Assembly (NCBI GenBank): GCA_024704765.1
Contig: JAKMXF010000022.1
Location: 449,055 to 513,054 of the forward strand
Reading direction: 5' to 3'
Length of the DNA: 64,000 nt
Source: Oopsacas minuta
Taxonomy: Eukaryota; Animalia; Porifera
Shown here: positions 25,001-37,000 of the stretch, piece after piece
How the letters are laid out: every line of letters starts with the position of its first letter
How positions within the stretch are numbered: the stretch's first letter is position 1
Made by a program: the position numbers and the translations under genes
The notes under the pieces: model-generated
Databases searched by the model: none
What the model was told of the DNA's origin: nothing
The model's input: the letters and a program-made list of their open reading frames with translations, nothing else

Positions 25001-28000
25001 ACACAACATATTCTATAAGTGTAGCTGCTTACACAATAGTGGGTAAAGGTCCTGATGCTATCATCACACAAAGAACCAATCAAGATGGTGAGTGTTGGTT
25101 AGATAGATGTTTATTGTTTTGTTGATTGTATTTTAACCATTCTTATTGTTTTCAAGCTCCATCTAGCATTCCTACATCCCTTCAAGCTACACCTCTCTCC
25201 CCTACCATCCTCAGCATCACCTGGGAAGATCCTGTCTATATCAATCAAAATGGTATCATCACTACCTACACACTGACTTATGAAGGGATAGAGAGAGACA
25301 CACAGCTACGTACACTGACACTCCCTCAGACTAACCTTTCTCTCACCTGTCATAACTTGGATTCTCTTGAGGAGTATACCACTTACAAGATTTCGGTCTC
25401 AGCCTCTACCACCGTTGGAGCTGGACCTGTTTCAAGAGTTACTGTGAGAACTCTTGAAAATGGTAAGACTTTAGTGATAATGTTGTTTGATCTATCACTA
25501 CTATCAATAATTCATCTTGGGTTTGTCCAATATAATTCAACTATATTCTCCATATGCTTGGTGAAATCCTGATTCGCATACGTATTGAGTTTAGCTAGCT
25601 TATTCACATTATAAAATAATTAATGAAACTCACAGGAATAATTAATAAGTGTGAAAATCGAATTCAGTTCATGCGATATATCTTTCCACGTTTAATTAAT
25701 TTATAATACTTCCTTGATAAACAGGTTAAATACAAATTTTGTAAAATTGCGAAATTCGAGTTCCAAATACCATGCAATAAATACTTTCCTTGCCAACAGA
25801 CAAACCGACAGTTAGACAAATGCACCAATTGAGATCTATTAATAGTGTAAATATTCAAAAATAGGGAATAACTAATTCAGATACTTTTGCAAGTAGTTAC
25901 ATGTCTGAAAATTATGAAATATTGCAATTATAATAACCAGAGTGTAGTTCAAGAGATATCTGCGAGGGAAGTTGAAGTACAGAGCTATGTAATGTATCTA
26001 CCTAAAAATACTGGCCATATATAGTCTGGTTACAATATTATTCCCCGATATCTCATAAACTCTAAATTTTGATATTTGAAATTGTAGAATAGTTAACCAC
26101 ATATGAAACACTTGTGCAGCATAAGGCTGCGGTAGGTACAACCAGCGCCATGCCACATCTCATATCAATCATTTCTATAATTGAAATAGCATTGAGTTAC
26201 TGCTCATTGGAAAACATTTATGTTTATGGCATGAGTAGTCCAACTACCATATCACCACAACTTTATGTACGTATAGATGGTACGGCCTCACCGTACAAAT
26301 TTTGATAGGATAAGCCACTTGAAACCGTATTCATAATATTAGAGCTAGTTTTCAATATAGTCCATTTAATGACTTGAATGGATTTCACTGAGAGGAAACA
26401 CATTTTCTATGGACAATCCATAAATATCAACAAATATCCATAAATATCCATAAATATCTAGACATATCTAGATGATGTACATTGCGCGACTCCTTAATTA
26501 CACCTGAAATGCTTGAATAATTCATTTGTAGTAAAAATACCGATTCTTCCAAAATATATAAACCTATATCATCCTACATTTCTAGTTCCATCATCTACAG
26601 TCCGTAGCCTAACTGCTGTACCTAGTGCCAGTTCCATTACAGTAAGCTGGAATGAACCAATCATGGATGACTTTAATGGTGTACCCACTTACTACACACT
26701 GAGATACTCTGGAGTTAGGTTTCAGACTGAAGAGAAGATAGTTGTAGTCAACTACACTTCTTCTGGAAATGAGATGGTCTCTCTAACTGGTTTAGAGGCT
26801 TACACAGTATATGAGATATCCGTTACTTTGTCTACAAGTATTGGAGAGGGAGATCCTGCAAATATCGATATTCGAACACTGGAGACAGTTCCCACTGGTA
26901 CACCCACCGATCTCAACACTAATGTCCTCTCTGCTAACATCATCAGTGTGACATGGGGTCATCCTATCTCCATTGAACAGAACGGAGTGATCACTGAATA
27001 CACTCTAACCTACAGAGGCGTGGAACGAGACACAGAATCTAGAGAAATAATTCTTCTCTCAAATGAACCATATTTCACTAGTTATGTTATTACTCAATTG
27101 GATGAACATACAACTTATGATATTGATGTTGCAGCTAGCACAATGATAGGAATTGGTCCAATTGCTAGTATTAGGACTATTACAGATCAAGATGGTGGGT
27201 TCAGTCACTACATTTCATTATCTACTATTTCTTTCGATTCTGATCATTTATCCTATTTCTATTCTTGTAGTTCCTTCTGCTGCCCCTAACAACGTTGCAA
27301 CTAGTGTAGTTAACTCTACAGCCATTCTCTTAACATGGGATGCTCCAGACCTCTCTGATAGAAATGGAATCCTCCTCTACTACACACTGACTTACTTCGG
27401 TGTAGAATTGGATCAAATAGTACGAGTAGTTAATTACACCATTGAAGGTTCTAATCACTCCAATCAGACATATGAGTTCTCAGGACTACAGGAATACACT
27501 GTGTATGAGTTTAGAGTAGCTGCTCATACTAGTTTAGGAGAGGGTGTAACTGCAAGTGTTTCAACTAGGACATATGAATCAGGTGAGTTCACCATTGATG
27601 CAGAAATACTTTAGGGTCAAAGGTGTAGCCAGAGTGCGGGACATTGAGTCCTAAAATTGCTTGTGCCCACCAATTCTTTGAATAAAAATGTACTACAGGT
27701 CTACAGCTTTGTGGCACTTATTTTTGCACCTATGCCACACCATCGTTCAGTCCGAGCTTCGCCTCTGTTTAAGGTTAACTTACTTGTCTGTAGTTTCATA
27801 AACGTGTATATTTATAGTTCCCACTGCTCAACCATCCAATCTGAATGTACAGATCCTATCGTCTTCAATCTTAATAGCAACTTGGTATGAACCTCCCTTC
27901 TCTGAACAGAACGGTATACTAACAAAGTACAGAGTAACATGGCGTGGTTTAGAGAGAGATACAGAAGTGAGACTAGAAGACATTCCAGTGAACAGTACCT

Positions 28001-31000
28001 CCAATACATCTTACGCATTGACTGATCTAGATGCATACACAAGCTATGAAGTGAATGTGAGTAGTTTCACTTCAGTAGGAGCTGGTCCAATCTCCAGTTA
28101 TACAGTGACTACTCTACAAGATAGTGAGTTTAATTTATTGATATATTTGTATTCTAAAATCTAATCTCATTAATTCTTTCTTAGTTCCTTCTTCATCTGT
28201 TCGTAACCTAACAACATCAACAACAAGCCAGAATGCTACATCCATCTTTGTCAGTTGGATCGTTCCTATACAGAATGATCTGAACGGTATTCTAGTTAAC
28301 TACTCAATTAGTTATTTTGGTATAGAAATTGATACAACACTCAGGGTTATATATTTGTCTGATCCTAATGATAATGAATCTATTACTCTAATCGATCTGC
28401 AAGAATACACAACATATTCTATAAGTGTAGCTGCTTACACAATAGTGGGTAAAGGTCCTGATGCTATCATCACACAAAGAACCAATCAGGATGGTGAGTA
28501 TCCTTTGCTTTCTTTTCATGATTTGTTGTGATAACATTGATTTATGAGTGACTTATTGTTTAGTTCCAACTGATATTCCCACTTCATTCTCTGCTAATGC
28601 CATCTCTCCTAACATCATCAACACAACTTGGGAACCTCCAACAGCTTACCACTTGGGTGGAGTTATCACATCCTACACACTGACCTATGCTGGAAGAGAG
28701 AGACACTCTCTCTTGAAGACTATAATCCTTACTGTCCTGAATGGTAGTATTTACATCACTCCTGCTCTGACTGATTTACAAGAAGACACTCATTATTTGA
28801 TATCTGTCCGAGCTAACACAAGTGTAGGAGCAGGACCTTGGACTAGCCTAACTGTACACACCCCTGAAGATGGTTAGTTGGTCTAGGATTTTTCTGTTTT
28901 CCTATTTTGTTAAAAGTTGTGAGCTAGTTGTACCCAGATGATGAACTACGTTTATCAATTTTTCATTTGCTAAATTCACATTCTTCAAATGTTCTTTTCC
29001 TATTATCCGTCAAGGACGATATTGAGTTGACACTAGTTAGGGCAGTCGGTAGCGGATGGTCCACAACACTATTTAATGTGCCCGCCCCCATTGGCTCATT
29101 TTATCCTCGATTTGGTACCCTAATGTATTTACAAGCTAGCTTAAAAGATAATTTCTTTATATATTTGCTGTTATTTAGTACCTTCTTCTTCTGTTCGTAA
29201 CCTAACAACATCAACAGAAGATCAGAATGCTACATCGATCTTTGTCAGTTGGGAAGTACCAATCTTGAATGACCTGAACGGTATTCTAGTCAATTACTCC
29301 ATCAACTACTCTGGTATAGAGATTGATACAGTACCCAGAGTCATCTACTTGTCTTATCCTAATCTGACTAACCAATCTATTACTCTAATCGATCTGGAGG
29401 AATACACCACTTATTCCATCAATGTGTCAGCTTACACAATAGTGGGTAAAGGTCCCGATGCTATCATCACACAGAGAACCAATCAAGATGGTGAGTATCT
29501 ATTTCATAATTTGCCAGATCGCCTATTGTGTAAATTTATATCTTGTTATTGTGTATATAGTTCCATCTGCTTTTCCTACGAATTTCCTCTTAAAGGCTAT
29601 TTCACCAACTATCGTTAAAGTATCATGGGATCCTCCTCCCATAAACGATCAAAACGGTGTAATTACAACTTATACACTCACATACATGGGTTTAGAAAGA
29701 GACCAAGAATTAGAAACAATGATTATAACTGTCTTGAATGGTACATATGTTCTTCCAATACTAATCGGTTTAGAAGAAAATACAAACTATTTCGTTACTC
29801 TGAATGCTAATACAAGCGAAGGAGCTGGTCCTATCACTAATTTATCTGTTCTAACTCTACAAAACAGTAAGTTGCGAATTATGCAAATTCCATTTCTTCT
29901 AGCTAACCAATTCTTCTCATATTTTCTATTTTAGTACCAAAGGGAGCTCCACGGAACTTGATTCTAACCTCAACTGATACAAGTATCCAGATAAACTGGT
30001 CAGTTCCTATAATTGACGATCTAGATGGAAATTTGACAGGTTATCTAGTCACATACCATGGCTTTGAGATTGATACTCACGAAAGAATGATACAATTCAA
30101 TACTTCAAGTGATGATAACCAAACACTAACATTGAGTCCTCTTGAGGAATACACTGACTATTTTATCTCTGTACATGCGATTACTGTGGGGGTGGGTCCT
30201 TCTTTGTCTACTACATTCCGCACTTTACAAGCAAGTAAGTTATCTATCACTGCAAATCCAGAGTATACTATTGTAGCAATTGTAATAATGTAAATATGTC
30301 TTATTCAGGGCCTAGTGCTGTTCCCACTGACCTCACCGCATCCCCAATATCTGCTCGTGCAATTTACATAACCTGGTCTCCTCCGCCGTTTATACATCAG
30401 AATGGAATAATAACTGAATACACTCTCACCTACCAAGGAGTAGAGAGAGATATAATGAAAAGAAATATATCAATACCAACTGCTACAAGTCGTTCTACTA
30501 CTTCTCTCACTGTGACAGATATTGAAGAAGATACTGACTTTACCATAGCCATTAGAGCTCACACAATTAAAGGACCGGGTCCTATCACTACAGTATCAGT
30601 GCGTACTCTTGAGAGTGGTGAGTAATTATAGAGTAAATAATTTGAGAGACTGTATTTATATTTTAACTTAACAGAGCCTTCATCTCCTGTACGAGACTTA
30701 ACAACATCAACAACAAGACAGAATGCTACATCCATCTTTGTTAATTGGGAAGTACCAATCTTGAATGACCTGAATGGTATTCTAGTCAACTACTCCATCA
30801 ACTACTCTGGTATAGAGATTGATACAGCACCCAGAGTCATCTACTTGTCCTATCCTAATCTCACCAACCAATCTATTACTCTAATCGATCTGCAAGAATA
30901 CACTACTTACTCCATTAATGTGTCAGCTTACACGAAAGTGGGTAAAGGTCCTGATGCAATCATCACACAAAGAACCAATCAAGATGGTGAGTTAATCTAA

Positions 31001-34000
31001 TACTTCTTCTTATGCATCATAGGCTGTGTATATCGATGGCTATTGTATAATCGTTATATTTTCATTTCTAGTACCATCTGGACCTCCACTCAATCTTACC
31101 GCCTTTCCCATCTCTCCAACTGATATTCTTGCTGAGTGGAAGGTACCTGATACTTATGAACAAAACGGTATAATTGTCCTGTTTACAATCATCTTCTCAA
31201 GTCTAAATTCTGACGCACATGACGACATCAAGCGGACCCTTCCTGTTTCAGACAACAGCACAAAATTCTGTTTTCTGTTATCAGGATTAGAAGAAGGTAC
31301 TACTTATAGTATTCGTGTATCAGCTAGCACATCAGTTGGTGAGGGTCCATTCAGCAATACTCAAGCAAGTACCTTCAATACAGGTATGTTTGTTAGTACG
31401 TGTATTGTTATTTCCAGAATTAGTCACTCTTTATTATTCGATAATTTAACAGAGTGTATCTTATGATTTGTATGTATTTAGGTCCGACAAGAGCACCACG
31501 TAATTTCTTTGCATACGAAATTACAGCTATTTCAATTTCTGTTTCTTGGGATGCACCAGAAGATGAAGACATTAATGGAATATTAGATAGATATGAACTA
31601 ACATATTCTGGGAAAGATCTCGATACACATCTTCATGTTGAGTATTTCGAAGACAATCTCTATCATTTGCAAACAGCTGAATTAACTAATTTACAGGAAA
31701 ATACCATCTACACTATACAAGTATATTTGTTTTCTTCCGGTATCAGGAGTCCACCGGCCACGATGATTGTTAACACTCTACAATCAGGTAGATAACCTAT
31801 ATTAGTATATTTCTCATTGTTCTGTTATTTATTTACTTTTATTTCAGCTCCCAATGAAACAGTTCAGTACTTAAACACTACCGAAGCAAGTCCTTTCGCT
31901 ACTCTCATCACCTGGGAACCTCCTCCGTTCCCTTTCCAAAATGGACCTATTATAAGTTATGAAATTCTGACAGTATTCTCAGATCCGTATACAAACGTGA
32001 CAGGTTTATCAAGGAACTTTACATGGCTCAATTATACAGACAGCACAGAGATATTGCTTAAGGAACTGAGACCTGGAGTAAACTTCAGTTCAACTGTTAT
32101 ACCAATTAACCAGGAAGGATCTGGTCCACCAATCTCAACAATATTTAGTATGATCGCAGGTAAGTAGTATTAGTGCAACTCCTATAGGGAGATGTCATAT
32201 AGATATATAGATATATATAGCATGGAGATAGGGCGACGCACTTATGTTCACGTAATCCGATTGTTATGAGAATTGGTATGTGGTAGGACATCCTTAATAC
32301 GAAATCATAATAGGTATATTGATATATTGTGAAAATTATTTATTTTCCACAGAAACTATCCCAGAAATCTTAATTCCTGAATCTGATGTATTCATTACTG
32401 TACAAGAGGCAGTTGTAGATGAATTCAGTAGATACTATGAGTGTGTAGCAAGTGGTAATCCTATACCACTCATTCACTGGATCAGGAATGATGAAACGAG
32501 ATTGGATGCTTTTAACATTACGATAAATGGGACTTCATTAGTAAGAGGGAGTAATATATTCAGATGCGTTGCTTCGAGTAGAAATGGTGAAGACTCTCTT
32601 GTCGTTTCAGTCATTCTAGTTTCTGAGGAAATTGATGTAAGCGCGATCAGTGATACTCAAGAGCTAGTTAGCAATCAGACTAGCCTTAACGAAGAGGAAA
32701 CAGATGACCTCTCCTCTCTCATCCGGACTAGCGTACAATCTGTTGATTCTAATAGAATGAATAACAGTGCCAACTCTACAAACAGTAATTCTACTGCTAA
32801 TTCTACCGAAATTGTAGATGCGGTTTCTGGTCTATACTCTGACGTGATTAGATTAACAGAGATGGGAATCTCGCGGAACACATCAGTTAACCTGTTCAGT
32901 ACTGGAGGTGAGCTTGTCAGAGCTTCTCAAAATGACCAAGGTATAGCAGAAAATCAAGAAATCCCATCTTTATCAGGGGTGAGTATTCCTTTTGAGGGAA
33001 ATAAATTCCTTTTGATTAACAAATAATATTCTAGAATATATGCTTGTTTCCATTACAAAATGTAACCAACACTTACAGAGCTCTAGCTATCTCTGTTAAT
33101 GGAATAGAAGATTTGGGAATTAAATTTATCGAAAATCTCAACACAACAGAGCCAAGTGTTATTGATGATCCTGAAAGCAGTATATTCTTCGAAGCACAAG
33201 AATTGAATGAAACCGTTTATGATAATTCAACTATGACCTTTCCAATGACAAATCGAACTACAAATTCCTCTGAACAAGTTTCTGTACCTGGCAGTTTACT
33301 CCAAGCATTGATGAATTCGAGTAACAACAGTGGTATTGCTCCTAGGATTACAGTAAGTTAAGAGTTGAATTTATCTGTTCAAGGAAATTATGACAATGAG
33401 AAATTGGTCTGGTGTAATTTGTCGGTGTAAGCACTGTAAGGTGACCTAAGGTATTACATTTATTATGGAGAGAAGGGATTATCCATGTGTTCATCTGAGA
33501 CTATTTCCGCCTCGGACCGTTGCATTTATGTCAAGAATTGCAGTAAATTTATCGATGTCGTATGATGGGCTAATTAGGTAGGATTTCCATATACAATAAT
33601 TCAGTTTATACGTATATGATTACTTTTAGATTTCTACAACTTTTATTGGAGAAAAACAAGAAAATATTAGCAGGATACTTGTGTTCAGTATTCAAGAAAG
33701 AAACTCAACAAAACTGATAGAGTTCTTTGGAAATAGTGTAAGTTATTTGGGAAATTACTCAATTTAATACTAACTGTATAATCACGAAGATAATAATATT
33801 CTCAGTAGAAATCTAAATATTAACAGAATTTATTACAGGTAGACTTGAGATTCGCTCAGTTCTACATTATCCCCTCCTACTCTAGCGTCATTAGATCTTA
33901 TAGATTCCATAGTATGCTCATCACTGCGTTTGAGTCCGTATGAATTTGAGTTGTTTTCATTGTTATTGTAGAACTTTGTTTCATCTTTCTGCATTTTTGA

Positions 34001-37000
34001 AGTGAAACAACAGATCAACACAATAGCTAATATTACGATTATAATTAGTAGGATTATTACTATGAAGGATAGAACGCCTGTTGTAATCACGAATATATTA
34101 CCAAAACTCCCTGGAGTATCATCAGTTGCATTACTGGCTGCAGGTTTGGGTGTGGGAGTTTGTGTATTAGTGCTAGTAGTGGTGGTTACTGTAGTAGTAG
34201 TATTGGCCATTGTAACTGTAGTAGTATTGGCCATTGTAACTATAGTGGTATTGGCCATTGTAACTGTAATAGTATTTGTATTGTTTGAGATTTGTACTAG
34301 CAATTGCGTTAGATTTGATCCTGTTACAAGATCTAATTTGTTTTCAGTAACAATACGAACTTCGCTCAATAGCAATAACATAGAGTCTGTCGGATAACTG
34401 AACTCAATTTTTAGAAAGCTAACATTAAATACATTTTCTCCATCAAATTCCAGCAACGTATCATTCTGGTCATATACCTTAAACGCATTATCCATTGCTC
34501 CAATATCTTCGATGTCTCCCCGCCAAATTCTAGTGATTAAGTTAACGATTAAGTATTTATTATTGAATAGAAGTATTATGTAAGGATTAGGTGTTCCACA
34601 GACTGACCAACCAAAATACTCCTCTGGAGAGAGTAACGGAGTATCACCTAGACAAAATATAATTGTATAAATCGGGGTTGACACTAGGTAGTAGCTTTGT
34701 TGGGTAATTTCTTGTTCGTTATAGTAGCTTAACTGAGTTTTTACTGTACTGACTATACTATAACTATAGTACCAGGGTTCTAAAATGGTTAACTGACTTT
34801 CTTAGTCAGTAGGTGGGTACATACACGTATAAATGTGTTTGTTCTCCTGTACACACCTTTGGAAATTAAGACTCGTAATTTGGCATCTATACTCGTAGTG
34901 ATATTTAGTTGCATATCTGACATTTGAAAATTTCTAATGTGTATATTTTCACACCTTTTAGGTGATTAATCATATTCCCATACATTTCTATGTAAATTCA
35001 AAAGAATGCTAGAAATTAGGTTTCAACATGTTATTATGGGCTCAACAGAGACATATAAGGGTAACAAGTACGCTGAATCCGAATTTGGCATTTTCAAAAT
35101 TTTTTTTTTTACTATAAAGTAAACAGATAATTGAATATCAAATATACGTAGAGACTTGCTCTTAACGGCTATATATGGTATTTGAGTACGCTGAATACGA
35201 ATTTCGCATTTTCAAGTTTCTCATATGTAAGTTTATTGTTAATTATGAATATAAAGTAAACAAATTATCCAAATTTCTAAAAATTGGTAGAGACATTCTC
35301 TCAACAGACATGTGGGGTACCAAATTACCTCGGCAGAGGCGGTGAATTGAGATTTTTTCCTTATCAAAATATACTATGCTAGTATGATATAACTTAATCA
35401 GAATTACCTAATGTTCCATCTGCCAGTACACCAACTCCACCACTCAATAACCCCATAGACTCTACGCCTGTGTAATTAGAATCCTCATGTTGATATCCGT
35501 CTATTAGAGCATCTGTAGATGGCATTATGTATTGCAGTAGCACCCCGTTATTGATATCAGGCTCGTCAGGATTAGCAAGATCTCTTCTACAGCCATAGAA
35601 CTCTACTCTTAAACATACATAATTTGTAACATTAGGATCTGAGGGCTGAGAAGTCTCAATAATCTAGGAACAATTATTATCTTACGTATATCATTATTCT
35701 TTATATCTATCCTTGAGTAAATTACTTACTTGTAACTTAATTTCGTCCACCGCTACTGGAGGAAAGTTTATTTTTATTAATCTCCCTCTGTTATTGAGTC
35801 CCAGCTGTTTGAGGTTTAGAATGGGATCTCCCTCTGGGTCTATATCATCCGTATACGGAGCTTGTATAGACACATACTCTGTCATGTTCATTTTACTGCC
35901 TGTTGTAACTTTAAGCTTTGTAATGTAACTGTTATCACTAAGTAAGGGAGATCCACATGAGCTACCAGGTTGGAATCCATTTTGTATTCCTATCCCTGTT
36001 AACCAGAAATGAGGTGTGCCAGGAGCTTCTTCGTGCAAGACAAACAGGGGAGAAATGTATTCTAATTCATTTCCTCCATATCTCAACGTCCAAGCATTGG
36101 TACTACCGATTAATGGGAGTTCAGATGCTAGGTTTGCTTCGGGAGCTCCGTTATTGTTAAGAACAAAACCTCTCAAAAGATTATTGTCTTTTATAACTTT
36201 CTCTAAAAGTGCTTCGTTACATTCTGGCGCTCCGAATGGCGTAATAAGGAAGCAACCAATTATTATCAAAAGCTGATAATACAAACAAAACACAGTCATT
36301 GATATTTTATTAATTAGGCGGCAATATGAAGGAGGTGATAGTTATTTTCGAATAAATTGAATTTATACAATCTTTGGGGAATCATGAGGAATGCAACGAG
36401 TTGACATGTAGAACAGAAGGGAATCTATATCTGCCTCTGTTGAACTGATTCTAGTTTAGAACCAGAAAATTAGAAATCAAATATTATACTGTCTGTCAGG
36501 TGAAACCAGGAATTCACAGATTTATGAAACATTTTGAAATGTTGGATATAGACTATTATAGATTGTACTTTTAAGTGTTTATTTAGGAAATTTGTATAAA
36601 TTACGGATTATGCCCGTTTGGATGTAATAGAATTCATAAATATACGAGTAAGCGAGTGTATGTGTTTCCTTTAGATCAATATAACACTTGAAACCACTCC
36701 AGCTCCAAAAGGGTTTGAACATGTGTGTGTTGCACTAAATAGAACTACAAATACCTGGTCAACAGTTGGTGTTAAGATGGTTAAAGAAGATGATGAGATG
36801 AACACTACAACTTGTGAAACAAACCATTTGACTAGCTTTGCTGTATTGATACAAGTTAAACCAGTTGAAGTGTCCTTTGTTGAGAAAATAATCGCTTCAG
36901 TTTTCTCCTACTTCTTGCTGAGCATATCCTTTTTATTCCTACTGGCTACACTTATACTCTTCTGTATAGGTGGTAGGACATTCCTAAAGGTTGAAATGAA

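Larger units (their letters stand above)
20788..28496 (+). repeat. Higher-order tandem duplication within gene C (unit S'-P-DD-N-Q, ~3.4-4 kb, with an extra DD exon)
   Basis: 20788-21490 matches 24778-25480; 23061-24064 matches 26579-27582; 24412-25090 matches 27818-28496. Confidence 0.9.

Noticed and set aside
26415-26475. Short ATCCATAAAT-type tandem repeats
   Set aside because: Low-complexity intronic slippage without supporting structure.
938-31000. Regularly recurring near-identical segments as a CRISPR array or satellite
   Set aside because: Repeats are ~300-nt coding exons with splice sites in a eukaryotic gene.
9104-31466. Hydrophobic extensions on FN3 ORFs that look like signal peptides or TM helices
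   Set aside because: They are T-rich intron sequence read in frame; GT-AG boundaries explain them.
33738-36674. Nested ORFs as a transposon or two separate genes
   Set aside because: No transposase or RT motifs; a bridging exon joins both ORFs into one coherent signal peptide-to-TM protein.
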